The position numbers and the translations under genes were made by a program. From positions 36,815-100,814 of the forward strand of contig CAIJOB010000011.1 of the NCBI GenBank assembly GCA_903822175.1: a stretch of 64,000 nucleotides of DNA, given 5' to 3'. Of the stretch, positions 49,253 to 59,723 are shown in pieces. Source of the stretch: an uncultured Alphaproteobacteria bacterium (GTDB taxonomy: Bacteria > Pseudomonadota > Alphaproteobacteria > Caulobacterales > Caulobacteraceae). Under the pieces are notes generated by a model. The model was not told the origin of the DNA. It saw nothing but the letters and a program-made list of their open reading frames with translations, and searched no databases. Numbering within the stretch: position 1 is the first letter of the stretch; each line of letters opens with the position of its first letter.

Positions 49253-51490
49253 ATGGCTTTGGATATTCGACAGGGGTTCGCCGCCACTGGGCTAGGCCGT
49301 GTCTGGCCCCGGGTCTGGCAAGCGGTTCAGTCGCGGGGCGTGCTGGGCGCGGGCTACGGCCTGGCGGCGTTGCTGACCGGCGTGGCCATCCTGCTCGCCG
49401 CCTCGCCACCCTCGACGGGGCCGCTTGGACCGGCCAGCCAGCACATCCTGACGGTGCTGGGCTTCAACCTCATCCTGATCCTGGCGCTGACGCTGATCGT
49501 CTTCCTGCGCTTCTTCGCCCTGGTGAACGCTCGGGAACGCGACGCCGGCGCGCGGCTGCAGGTGCGATTCGTCACCCTGTTTGCCATGGCCGCCCTGGTG
49601 CCGGCCGTGGTGGTAGCCCTGTTCTACGGCGTTCTGGTCAGCCGCGGCGTCGACAACTGGTTCAGCCTGCGGGTGAAAACCGTGGTCGAGAACTCCGCGG
49701 CGCTCGCCCGCTCCTACGTCGAGGAGCAGAGCAATTACATCCACAGCCACATGATCCCCATGGGTCAGGACCTCAACCGCGCCGCGCCCGGCCTTGAGGC
49801 AAGTCCGATCACTTTCGGCCAATATCTGGGGGGTCTCGCCACCTATCACGGCTTTTCGGCCGCCTATCTGATCGACCGGGACGGGCGGGTGCTGGCGCGC
49901 TTCGCGGCGCCGGATGCGCCGCCCTTCGCCATGCCGCCGGCGACCAGTTTCAAGGCCGCCGACGAGGGCATCATCTCGGTCTGCAACACCACCTGCGGCG
50001 ACAGCATGCGCGCGGTCTACCGGCTGCGCAGCTATCCGGACGCCTACCTCTACGTGGTGCGGCCTATCGAGAAGGGCATCATCAACAACCAGTTCGAGGC
50101 CCAGGCCAGCCTGATGGCCTACCGCGACGCCGCGCAGAACCGGCAGAAGATCCAGGTCATCTTCGCTCTGAGCTACTTCGAGACCGCCTTGCTGGTGCTG
50201 GTCGGCGCGGTCTGGCTCGGCCTGGGCGCCGCCGACGCGATTTCCGGACCGGTGGCGCGGCTGGTGCAGGCGGCCGGCAAGGTGGCGGGTGGCGACCTGA
50301 CCGCTCGCGTCGACGCCGAGAACGACCCTGAAGAGATCGCCGTCTTGTCGCGCGCCTTCAACAGCATGACGCATGATCTTAAGGCGCAGCAGGAAGCTTT
50401 GCGCACGGCCCACGAGGATGCCGAACGGCGGCGCCAGTTCATCGAGACCGTGCTGGCCGAGGTCAGCGCCGGAGTCATCGGCCTCGACACCAAGGGCCGA
50501 ATCTCGGCCGCTAATCGCCAGGCGGAGCTGTTGCTGGGCCTGCGTGAGAAGCCCGGCCGTGGCCAGAAGCTCGCTGACGTGGCCCCAGAGATCGCCGCCG
50601 TCGCCGCTCAGGTCAGCGGCGGGACCGGCCGCGGCGAGGCCGAGGAAGAGGTGGATCTGGTGCGCGGCCGCGAGACGCTGCGCCTGCGGGTGCGGGCCAG
50701 CCGCATTGAGGACGGCTTGGTGCTGACCTTCGACGATATCACCCGGCTGGTCACCGCCCAGCGCAACGCGGCCTGGCGCGACGTGGCGCGGCGCATCGCC
50801 CACGAGATCAAGAACCCGCTGACCCCGATCCAGCTGTCGGCCGAACGCCTGCGCAAGAAGTATCGCAAGGACATCGCGCCCGCCGAACTGGAGACCTTCG
50901 ACCGCTGCAACGACACCATCATCCGCCAGGTGGACGCCATACGGCAGATGGTCGATGAGTTCTCCTCCTTCGCCCGCATGCCGGCCCCGAAGTTCGCCGA
51001 GCAGGACGCCTCCGAACTGATCCGCGCGGCGGTCTTCGCCCAGCGGGTAGCCAGCCCGGACATCGAGGTCGAGCTGCTGGAGCCGATCCCCGAGGTGCGG
51101 GTGCTGGCGGACGAGCGCATGCTCACCCAGGCGCTGACCAACATCCTGAAAAACGCCGCCGAGGCGGTGGGCGCTCGGCGCACCGCCAAGCCGAAGGGCC
51201 GCATCCGCGCGCGCCTGGTGTCCGACGACGCCGGCGTCGCCTTCGAAGTCGAGGACAATGGCGTGGGCCTGCCCGCCAAGGACCGCGACCGGCTGACCGA
51301 ACCCTATGTGACGACCCGCGAGAAGGGCACCGGCCTTGGCCTGGCGATCGTCCAACGCATTCTGGAAGACCACGGCGGCAAGCTGGAGCTGACCGATGCC
51401 CGCGAGGGCGTCGGCGCGCTGGCCATCCTGCGGCTTCCATCCTCGGCCCGGGCCCGGCCCGCGCCGAAACCTGCAACCGTGACGGCTTGA
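49253..51490 (+). CDS. ntrY: sensor histidine kinase NtrY
   Basis: ORF 49217..51490. Start set at ATG 49253 (MALDIRQGF). TM helices, HAMP, PAS and the H-box HEIKNPLTPIQLSAE. Confidence 0.92.
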   Translation: MALDIRQGFAATGLGRVWPRVWQAVQSRGVLGAGYGLAALLTGVAILLAASPPSTGPLGPASQHILTVLGFNLILILALTLIVFLRFFALVNARERDAGARLQVRFVTLFAMAALVPAVVVALFYGVLVSRGVDNWFSLRVKTVVENSAALARSYVEEQSNYIHSHMIPMGQDLNRAAPGLEASPITFGQYLGGLATYHGFSAAYLIDRDGRVLARFAAPDAPPFAMPPATSFKAADEGIISVCNTTCGDSMRAVYRLRSYPDAYLYVVRPIEKGIINNQFEAQASLMAYRDAAQNRQKIQVIFALSYFETALLVLVGAVWLGLGAADAISGPVARLVQAAGKVAGGDLTARVDAENDPEEIAVLSRAFNSMTHDLKAQQEALRTAHEDAERRRQFIETVLAEVSAGVIGLDTKGRISAANRQAELLLGLREKPGRGQKLADVAPEIAAVAAQVSGGTGRGEAEEEVDLVRGRETLRLRVRASRIEDGLVLTFDDITRLVTAQRNAAWRDVARRIAHEIKNPLTPIQLSAERLRKKYRKDIAPAELETFDRCNDTIIRQVDAIRQMVDEFSSFARMPAPKFAEQDASELIRAAVFAQRVASPDIEVELLEPIPEVRVLADERMLTQALTNILKNAAEAVGARRTAKPKGRIRARLVSDDAGVAFEVEDNGVGLPAKDRDRLTEPYVTTREKGTGLGLAIVQRILEDHGGKLELTDAREGVGALAILRLPSSARARPAPKPATVTA

Positions 51491-51500
51491 GGACCTGATA

Positions 51501-52892
51501 ATGGCGTCTGACGTTCTGGTGGTCGACGACGAGGCGGACATCCGCGACCTGGTGGCTGGCATCCTCTCCGACGAGGGGTATGCGGTACGCACCGCCACCG
51601 ACTCCGAGTCCGCGCTGGCGGCGATCCGGGCGCGCAAGCCCGCGATTCTGATCCTCGACATCTGGATGGCCGGCGGCGGCATGGACGGTCTGGAGTTGCT
51701 CGACCACATCAAGGCGCTCGACGCCGACCTGCCGGTGATCATGATCAGCGGCCACGGCAACATCGAGACCGCCGTCAGCGCCATCAAGCGCGGCGCTTAC
51801 GAGTTCCTGGAAAAGCCCTTCAAGTCCGACCGGCTGGTGCTGATCGTCGAGCGCGCGCTGGAGGCTGCGGGCCTGCGCCGCGAGAACCGCCGCCTGCGCA
51901 CCCAGGCGATCACGCCGGAAGGCATGACCGGCAAATCGATGGCCGCCCAACAGCTGCGCCAGATGATCGTCAAGCTGGCCGGCGCCAACAGCCGGGTGCT
52001 GATCTCCGGACCGCCGGGGTCGGGCAAGGAAACCGTGGCGCGGCTGATCCACGCAGCCTCGGCCAGGACCCGCAACGAATTCGTGCCGATCAGCGCGGCG
52101 GGCATGACGCCCGAGCGCATGGACGTCGAGCTGTTCGGCCAGGAAGGCGACGACGGGCGCACCGCGAAGATCGGCGTCTTCGAACGCGCCCACGCCGGCA
52201 CACTCTACCTCGACGAAGTCGCCGACATGCCGCGCGAGACCCAGGGACGCATCCTGCGGGTCCTGGTCGACCAGAGCTTCCGCCGGGTCGGCGGCGACTC
52301 GGACGTCCACGTCGATGTGCGCGTGGTCTCCTCCACGTCGCGCGACCTGCGCGAGGAGATCGCAGCCGGGCGGTTCCGGGAGGACCTGTTCCACCGTCTG
52401 AACGTGGTGCCGGTGAACGTGCCGGGCCTGAGCGAGCGGCGCGAGGACATCCCCGAGCTGGTGGAATATTTCATCGAGCGGATCGGGGAGGCGACCGGCA
52501 TGCCGCGCCGCCGCCTGGCCGACGATGCGCTGGCGACCCTGCAGGTCCGCGCCTGGCCGGGGAATCTGCGCCAGCTGCGCAACAACGTGGAGCGGATGCT
52601 GATCCTGGCGTCGGGCGCGCCGTCCGACCCGATCACCGCCAACATGCTGCCGGCCGAGGCCATGGTCACCGATCAGGCCACTAGCCTGGGGGCAGAGCGA
52701 ATGATCGCGCTCCCGCTACGGGAAGCCCGCGAGGTGTTCGAGCGCGAGTACCTCAACGCCCAGATGCTGCGCTTCTCCGGTAATATCTCGCGCACCGCCG
52801 CCTTCATCGGCATGGAACGCTCGGCCCTGCACCGCAAGCTGAAGTCGCTCGGCCTTTCGGGCGCGCGTGCGCTCGAAGAAGACGTCGCCTGA
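51501..52892 (+). CDS. ntrX: response regulator NtrX (receiver, AAA+ and HTH domains); the GAFTGA motif is absent
   Basis: 463 aa with Walker A GPPGSGKE. ELFGQEGDDGRTAKIGVFERA occupies the place of the GAFTGA region. Confidence 0.92.
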   Translation: MASDVLVVDDEADIRDLVAGILSDEGYAVRTATDSESALAAIRARKPAILILDIWMAGGGMDGLELLDHIKALDADLPVIMISGHGNIETAVSAIKRGAYEFLEKPFKSDRLVLIVERALEAAGLRRENRRLRTQAITPEGMTGKSMAAQQLRQMIVKLAGANSRVLISGPPGSGKETVARLIHAASARTRNEFVPISAAGMTPERMDVELFGQEGDDGRTAKIGVFERAHAGTLYLDEVADMPRETQGRILRVLVDQSFRRVGGDSDVHVDVRVVSSTSRDLREEIAAGRFREDLFHRLNVVPVNVPGLSERREDIPELVEYFIERIGEATGMPRRRLADDALATLQVRAWPGNLRQLRNNVERMLILASGAPSDPITANMLPAEAMVTDQATSLGAERMIALPLREAREVFEREYLNAQMLRFSGNISRTAAFIGMERSALHRKLKSLGLSGARALEEDVA

Positions 52893-52964
52893 TGGGCCTG
52901 CTTCGCCAAGGCTTCTCAGGCCGCATCCGCAATCCTTCGAAGCTCACGAAGGGAGCGGAGTAGG

Positions 52965-53828
52965 ATGGGCAGGATTGCCTATGTGAACGGCCGCTTCGTC
53001 CCACACGCCGCCGCCACGGTCCATATCGAGGACCGCGGCTACCAGCTGGCCGACGGGGTCTATGAGGTCTGGGCGCTGTTCGGCGGCAAGCTGGCCGATC
53101 CGGAGGGCCATTTCGCGCGGCTGGAACGCAGCCTGGGCGAGCTTTCCATCGACATGCCGATGAGCCGCGCCGCGCTCACTCTGGTGCTGAAGGAAGCGGT
53201 GCGCCGCAACCGGGTGACCGAGGGCCTGGTCTATCTGCAGGTGACGCGCGGCGTCGCGCCCCGCGACCACGCCTTTCCCAATCCCTCGGTCCGTCCCGCG
53301 GTGGTGATCACCGTCAGCCGCGTCGATCGCGCCCAGTCCGAGGCCCGCGCGGCCAAGGGCGTCGGCGTCGTCACGACGCCGGAGAACCGCTGGGGCCGCT
53401 GCGACATCAAGACTGTCGGCCTGCTGCCCAATGTGCTGGCCAAGCAGAAGGCGAGGGCGGTCGGCGCGGTCGAGGCCTGGTTCGTCGACGACCTAGGCTT
53501 CGTCACCGAGGGTGCGTCGTCCAACGCCTGGATCGTCGACGGCGATGGTCGCCTGCGGACCCGCGCCACCAACGCCAACATCCTGCGCGGCGTCACCCGC
53601 TACAGCCTGCTGGACGTGATCCGTGAGAACGGGTTGGAGGTCGATGAGCGGCCGTTCACACCCGCCGACGCCTTGGCCGCCAAGGAGGCCTTCATCACTG
53701 GCGCGGGCTCCCTGGTGCTGCCGGTGGTCAGTGTCGACGGCAAGCCGGTGGGCGATGGAAAGGTCGGTCCGGTGGCGGCGAGGCTCCGGCGTCTCTATAT
53801 CGAGCAGGCGAAGGCCAGCGCCATCTAA
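52965..53828 (+). CDS. class IV aminotransferase (D-amino-acid / branched-chain type)
   Basis: 287 aa. EDRGYQLADGVYE and the CDIKTVGLLPNVLAK lysine region are typical of the Dat/IlvE fold. Confidence 0.85.
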   Translation: MGRIAYVNGRFVPHAAATVHIEDRGYQLADGVYEVWALFGGKLADPEGHFARLERSLGELSIDMPMSRAALTLVLKEAVRRNRVTEGLVYLQVTRGVAPRDHAFPNPSVRPAVVITVSRVDRAQSEARAAKGVGVVTTPENRWGRCDIKTVGLLPNVLAKQKARAVGAVEAWFVDDLGFVTEGASSNAWIVDGDGRLRTRATNANILRGVTRYSLLDVIRENGLEVDERPFTPADALAAKEAFITGAGSLVLPVVSVDGKPVGDGKVGPVAARLRRLYIEQAKASAI

Positions 53829-53928
53829 GGGGCTGCCTGCTGTTGCGCCTGTCGCAAAACGCGTTCTAGCTAACTTTCGTGTGTGGGCGGCGCTTTGGCC
53901 TCCCGATCTATAAAAAGGGCGAAAAGCC

Positions 53929-54174
53929 ATGAGTGAGAAGAAACAGAACCTGCAGGACACGTTCCTGAACAGCGTGCGCAAGTCGAAGACGCCGCTCACC
54001 ATCTTCCTGGTCAATGGCGTCAAGCTGCAGGGCGTGGTGAGCTGGTTCGACAATTTCTGCGTGCTGCTCCGCCGTGATGGGCAATCCCAGCTCGTCTACA
54101 AGCACGCCATTTCCACCATCATGCCCGCGCAACCGGTGCAGCTCTATGAGCCGGGCGAAGACGAGGCCGATTGA
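53929..54174 (+). CDS. hfq: RNA chaperone Hfq
   Basis: 81 aa with LQDTFLN ... VNGVKLQG ... YKHAIST. Confidence 0.98.
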   Translation: MSEKKQNLQDTFLNSVRKSKTPLTIFLVNGVKLQGVVSWFDNFCVLLRRDGQSQLVYKHAISTIMPAQPVQLYEPGEDEAD

Positions 54175-55486
54175 GCTCCTCCAAGTCCGTAGATCGTCAG
54201 GCGCCGGTTCAAGGCGCCATTGTCATCCATCCCGACCGCGAGGGGCGTGGCTCTTCGCGGGCGGCTGAGGCGCGCCTGGAAGAGGCAGTCGGCCTGGCGC
54301 TGGCGCTCGATCTCGAGGTTCGCGAGACCCTGGTCGCGCACCTGCGCCAGCTGACGCCGGCGACCCTGTTCGGCAAGGGCAAGGTCGCCGAGATCGGCGG
54401 GACGATCGAACTGATCGAGGCCGATGTCGCCATCGTCGACGACGCGCTGACGCCGGTGCAGCAGCGGAACCTGGAGAAAGCCTGGAACTGCAAGGTCATC
54501 GACCGCACCGGCCTGATCTTGGAGATCTTCGCCCGCCGCGCCCGGACCCGCGAGGGCCGCCTTCAGGTCGAACTGGCCCGCCTCTCCTACGAACGCTCAC
54601 GGCTGGTCCGCACCTGGACCCACCTGGAGCGGCAGCGCGGCGGCTATGGCGTCATGGGCGGCCCCGGCGAAACCCAGATCGAGACGGACCGGCGGCTGAT
54701 CGCCGACAAGATCCGCAAGCTGAAGCTGGAGCTGCAGGAGGTGCGCCGCACCCGGACCCTGCAACGCTCAGCCCGCAAGCGGCACCCGTACCCGACGGTG
54801 GCCCTGGTCGGCTACACCAACGCCGGCAAGTCGACGCTGTTTAACCGGCTCACCAAGTCCGAGGTGGTGGCGCAGGACATGCTGTTCGCCACGCTCGACC
54901 CGACGCTGCGGATGCTGAAGCTCCCGGATGGCCGGCCGGCGATCATGTCGGACACCGTGGGCTTCATCTCCGACCTGCCGCACGAGCTGGTCGAGGCCTT
55001 CCGCGCCACCCTGGAGGAGGTGAAGGAGGCCGACGTCGTCCTGCACGTCCGCGATATCGCCAGCGCCGAAAGCGCCGCTCAGGCCGGCGATGTGCGCGAG
55101 GTGCTCTCCAAGCTGGGCGTCGATCTGGAAGACCGCGCCATCCTGGAGGTCTGGAACAAGCTCGACCTGCTGCCGCCCGACGACCGCGAGATCATCCAGG
55201 GCGACGCCCGCCGCGCCCATCCGGCCGCGATTCCCCTGTCGGCGGTGACCGGCGAGGGTTGCGATCGCCTGCTGGAGGCGGTGGCCGCCCTGGTGGACGA
55301 GGCGCCGCCGGTCGATGTCTTCACCCCGGTCGGCGAGGGCGCCGCCATCGCCTGGCTCTACCGCCACGGCCGGGTGCTGGAACGCAGCGACGGCAAGGAC
55401 GGCTCAGTGCGGCTGGCGGTCAGCCTGTCACCCCAGGCGCTGGGCCAGTTCGAGCAGCAGTTCCCGGGCGCGGAAATCCGCGGCCA

Positions 55487-55490
<4 letters not shown>
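54171..55490 (+). CDS. hflX: GTPase HflX
   Basis: 439 aa. TTG start overlapping the hfq stop (TTGA). G1 GYTNAGKST and G3 DTVGF. Confidence 0.95.
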
Positions 55491-56317
<827 letters not shown>

Positions 56318-56359
56318 GCGGCGGATCAGACCCCGCGTCGGTGCATGAGGCAAGTCGGG

Positions 56360-56848
56360 TCAGCGGCTGGCGACGGCCTTGCCGCGGCTCAGCTGAGCGG
56401 CGAACTGCTGGAAGGTCTGCTCGGCGTCCGACCAGGTCGTTTCACCGCGCACCCAGTATAGGTCCGGGGAATAGTAGTCGTAGCTGAGCGGCGTCACCGC
56501 GCCGTCGGCGGCCACCGCGCGGCCCTCGATCCGGGCGCCGCCGATGCTGATGCTGCGCATGGAAAGCCCGGGCTTGTCGCCGAGCTGTTTGAACGTCGGG
56601 CGGTTGGGTTGGGCATCGACCAGGATCAGCTCGATCCGCGCGCCGTCATAGGCGCCGGTCTTGGCCAGCCGCTTCTCGACATCGCTCTGCAGGGACTTGG
56701 CCAGATCGTTCACGTCGCGCATGCCGAGCGTCTTCTCGCCTTTGAGCTGCAGCTCGGGGCCGACCGTGACGCTGACGGAAGCGGGCGTCGCAAGCGCACC
56801 GCCAGCGCTGATCAACAGAGCGGCGGCGGCAAGAGTCAGGGTTTTCAT
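56360..56848 (-). CDS. secreted protein of unknown function
   Basis: 162 aa with the signal peptide MKTLTLAAAALLISAGGALA. Good coding bias. Confidence 0.6.
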   Translation of the reverse strand: MKTLTLAAAALLISAGGALATPASVSVTVGPELQLKGEKTLGMRDVNDLAKSLQSDVEKRLAKTGAYDGARIELILVDAQPNRPTFKQLGDKPGLSMRSISIGGARIEGRAVAADGAVTPLSYDYYSPDLYWVRGETTWSDAEQTFQQFAAQLSRGKAVASR

Positions 56849-56916
56849 AGTGACCTCTCGTTTCTCGCCCTCAGCCTAAAGGTAGGCTTCCCTAGCGTGA
56901 GCGCAAGCGGTCACGC

Positions 56917-58926
56917 TCAGAGGCTGGGCGTCGCGACCGGCGTGTGGGAGCGGTGGAAGCCGACACTGCGCCCCAGGGCGGCGCTGTCGAACATCTGGCC
57001 ATTGCGCACCACCTTGGTCACGCGGCGCAGATCGCTGATGTTGCTGAGCGGATCGCCCTCCACCAGCACCAGGTCGGCGCGCTTGCCGACCTCGACCGAT
57101 CCGGAGTCGCGGTCGAGCCTCATGGCCCGCGCCGCGCCCAACGTCGCCGTCTGGATCGCGGCCATCGGGGGCAGGCCCGCCTGGACGTAGAGCTCCAGCT
57201 CGCGATCGATGCCGTAGCCGATCAGCCCGGTGTCGCTGCCGGCCACGATGGGAATGCCGGCGTCGTAGAGCGCCTTGATCACCCGGCCATTGGCGGCCAT
57301 TCGCTCGCGGAAGCGGTCGGCGTCCACTGGGCCGCCGAGGGCTTCGAACTTCGCGGCCAGAACATAGGGCGCGGCGTCCAAGCCCGGCTCGAACGATGCA
57401 GCGCTGACGCTGGCGGGATGGCCCGCCATCTCGCCCCAGCCCTCGGTCGGATCGATCACCGTCTGGCGGGCCTTCATCAGAGCGATCAGCGCCTTGGCGC
57501 GGTCCGAGTTCAGGTCGACAGGACCGTTCGCACCCTCCGGCAGCATGGCGCGGGTGACGAACTGCAGGTGGTTGATCTGGTCCATGCCGGCTTCGATGCC
57601 ACCGAAGGCATCGACGGCGGCCGGCACGTGGCCGGTGACCGTCAGGCCGCGCCGGCGGGCCTCGACCGCGATAGCCTTCAGCACGTCCGGCTTGATCTGG
57701 GTGTAGACCTTGATCTGTTCGAAGCCCGCGTCGGCGTAACGGTCGACGGCGGCCACCCCCTCAGCCGGCGTCTCCACGTCCACGGCGCCGAAGGCGAGGG
57801 GGCCTGCGGAATCGATCAGGCCGGCCAGCAGCAATCTCGGCCCAAGCGCGCCCGCACGGATCTTGCGGCGCATCGCGGTCAGGAAGCCGAATTCGCCACC
57901 GCAATCGCGCGCTGTGGTGACACCAGCCGCTAACAGGGCCGGGCCGAACTCCACGCCCGAATAGTGCGAGTGCATTTCCCAGAGCCCCGGCAGCAGGGAC
58001 TGCCCCTCGGCGTGGATCACCTTGATCCCGGCGGGCAGGGTGACCGACGCGCGCGGGCCAGCCGCCACGATCCGGCCGTCGCGCACGATCACCGCGGAAT
58101 CCGGGATAGCCGGCGCGCCCGTGCCGTCGATCAGCCGCGCGCCGACGATGGCGAAGGCGCCGCTGGCCGTGGGGCGCACCTGGCGGTCCAGGGCGTCGAG
58201 ATCGGCCATTTCCTGCGCCACGCCGGCCTTCACGAGCTGCTCGAAAGCCGGCTGATAGGCTTCCAGCACCTGCTCCTGCGGCAGGCCGCCGGCGAAGGTC
58301 ATGGCCGCGGCCAGACGGCCCTGGCTGTCCATCCAGAGGATCTCGCGGCCGAACATCAGGTTGGCGACGGTGTAGCGCGTCAGCCGGGCCGGACCGGCGG
58401 GCAGGGCGACCGTGGTCTCGCCGACGCGCCGGATCGCCAGCGGCAGGGCCTGATCGCTGGCCCGCAGGATCGGCAGGGCGGCGGGCCGGCTGTGCGCCGC
58501 CCAATAGCGCATCATCGCCATCTGCAGCGACGCGGGCATCTGGGCGAAGCCGACGAAGGCCGTGGCTGGCTTGGTGAAGGTGCGGCGGCCGGAGGGCTCC
58601 TCGACGATGGCCGACGCCCCGGCGGCCTCGGTGCGCCAGACTTCCGTGGCCGGTGCGCCGCTGCGTCGGTACGCCAGCGCGCTGGGCGTGAAGCCCGGGC
58701 CGAACGTCAGCTGCGTTTCACCCGCCCGTGTCGAGCCCCGGTCGGACAGCGACGCAGCGATGGTCATCACCGAGCGGCCTGATTCTGCTGGGCTCACCAT
58801 GTAGGTCTCAGAACCTATGGCGTGCAGCAGGGAGTAGGTGACATAGCGCCCGTGCTCTTGCGCCAGGGCGGGCGCGCCCAGGGCCGAACCAAGGGCCAGC
58901 GAGGCGACAAAGGCGATGAGGCGCAT
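56917..58926 (-). CDS. secreted amidohydrolase-superfamily protein with a ~270-aa N-terminal extension
   Basis: 669 aa with a signal peptide. The C-terminal metal-dependent hydrolase pattern has LWEMHSH, TGHV and AGSDTG. Confidence 0.85.
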   Translation of the reverse strand: MRLIAFVASLALGSALGAPALAQEHGRYVTYSLLHAIGSETYMVSPAESGRSVMTIAASLSDRGSTRAGETQLTFGPGFTPSALAYRRSGAPATEVWRTEAAGASAIVEEPSGRRTFTKPATAFVGFAQMPASLQMAMMRYWAAHSRPAALPILRASDQALPLAIRRVGETTVALPAGPARLTRYTVANLMFGREILWMDSQGRLAAAMTFAGGLPQEQVLEAYQPAFEQLVKAGVAQEMADLDALDRQVRPTASGAFAIVGARLIDGTGAPAIPDSAVIVRDGRIVAAGPRASVTLPAGIKVIHAEGQSLLPGLWEMHSHYSGVEFGPALLAAGVTTARDCGGEFGFLTAMRRKIRAGALGPRLLLAGLIDSAGPLAFGAVDVETPAEGVAAVDRYADAGFEQIKVYTQIKPDVLKAIAVEARRRGLTVTGHVPAAVDAFGGIEAGMDQINHLQFVTRAMLPEGANGPVDLNSDRAKALIALMKARQTVIDPTEGWGEMAGHPASVSAASFEPGLDAAPYVLAAKFEALGGPVDADRFRERMAANGRVIKALYDAGIPIVAGSDTGLIGYGIDRELELYVQAGLPPMAAIQTATLGAARAMRLDRDSGSVEVGKRADLVLVEGDPLSNISDLRRVTKVVRNGQMFDSAALGRSVGFHRSHTPVATPSL

Positions 58927-58972
58927 GTTCAGGTCCGAATCCGGCGGCGAAGCGCCACCCTAGACCAGGCGG

Positions 58973-59578
58973 CTAATGCTTGACGTGCGCCGTCTGCAGC
59001 TCGACCGGCGTGAACTCCGGCTGCCGCGGCGGATTGGCGGGGTCCTGATCGAGGGACTCAGCGGCGGTGAGCACGTCGGGCGCCGCCGAGGTAGTGAACC
59101 GGAACTCGTAGGGCTCCAGCGGTCGCCCGGCGAGGCTCAGGAAGGTGGCGTCGGGATTGTCGCTGACGCCCACGCCGTAGGCGGCGACACCCTCGGCGCG
59201 GCAGGTGGTGCGGATGGTCTTTCGGTCGAAGCTCAGCACCCAGTGCTGATGCTCCAGCGGACAGGGATTCCGCAGCTTCGGAATGCCGGTGAAGAAGCCC
59301 TTGCAGCTCATCGGCTGGTCGAAGGTGATCCGCAGGACGACGACGCCAGGCCGCACCATGGCGCCATTGGCCGGAAAGGTGCTGACGATCTTGGGCCGTA
59401 CCGCAAAGCTGTCCGGCTTCGGCGCCAGGCAGGTGGCCTGGGCGGTGATGCTGAGCTCCTCGACCTCCATGACAGGCTCTGGCGCAGGCGTTGGCGTCGC
59501 AGGTGGCGGTTTGGGCGTGGCCTGCGCCGCGCCGGCCAGGCCGACGATCGCGAGAGCGACGAGCAGAACGTCCTTCAT
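58973..59578 (-). CDS. secreted protein with an SbsA/Big_5-like Ig domain (tentative)
   Basis: 201 aa with a signal peptide and a Pro-rich linker. STFPANGAMVRPGVVVLRITFDQPM resembles bacterial Ig-like Big_5 domains. Confidence 0.55.
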   Translation of the reverse strand: MKDVLLVALAIVGLAGAAQATPKPPPATPTPAPEPVMEVEELSITAQATCLAPKPDSFAVRPKIVSTFPANGAMVRPGVVVLRITFDQPMSCKGFFTGIPKLRNPCPLEHQHWVLSFDRKTIRTTCRAEGVAAYGVGVSDNPDATFLSLAGRPLEPYEFRFTTSAAPDVLTAAESLDQDPANPPRQPEFTPVELQTAHVKH

Positions 59579-59723
59579 GCTGACTCCGAAACGTCAGGAC
59601 AGCGCGTGGGCGGACCATTGAAGCAGAAGCGGACCCGAGAGGAGAAGTTAGCCCCAGGGGACACCCCCGCTCAAGATATCCGTTTCTCGCCTAAGGAAGA
59701 TTATCGGAAATAATAGATACCCC

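Noticed and set aside
49292-51787. 831-aa minus-strand ORF spanning ntrY and the start of ntrX, and the similar 646-aa ORF at 47469..49409 opposite ntrC.
   Set aside because: These have the same shadow-frame signature. They cross a real intergenic region and gene boundaries and have no domain pattern. Long stop-free antisense frames are expected at this GC content.
59580-59597. Hairpin CTGAC-N8-GTCAG overlapping the Shine-Dalgarno sequence of the Ig-like protein gene, as a translational switch.
   Set aside because: The stem is only 5 bp and most of the GGAG sits in the loop. This is too weak to claim regulation.
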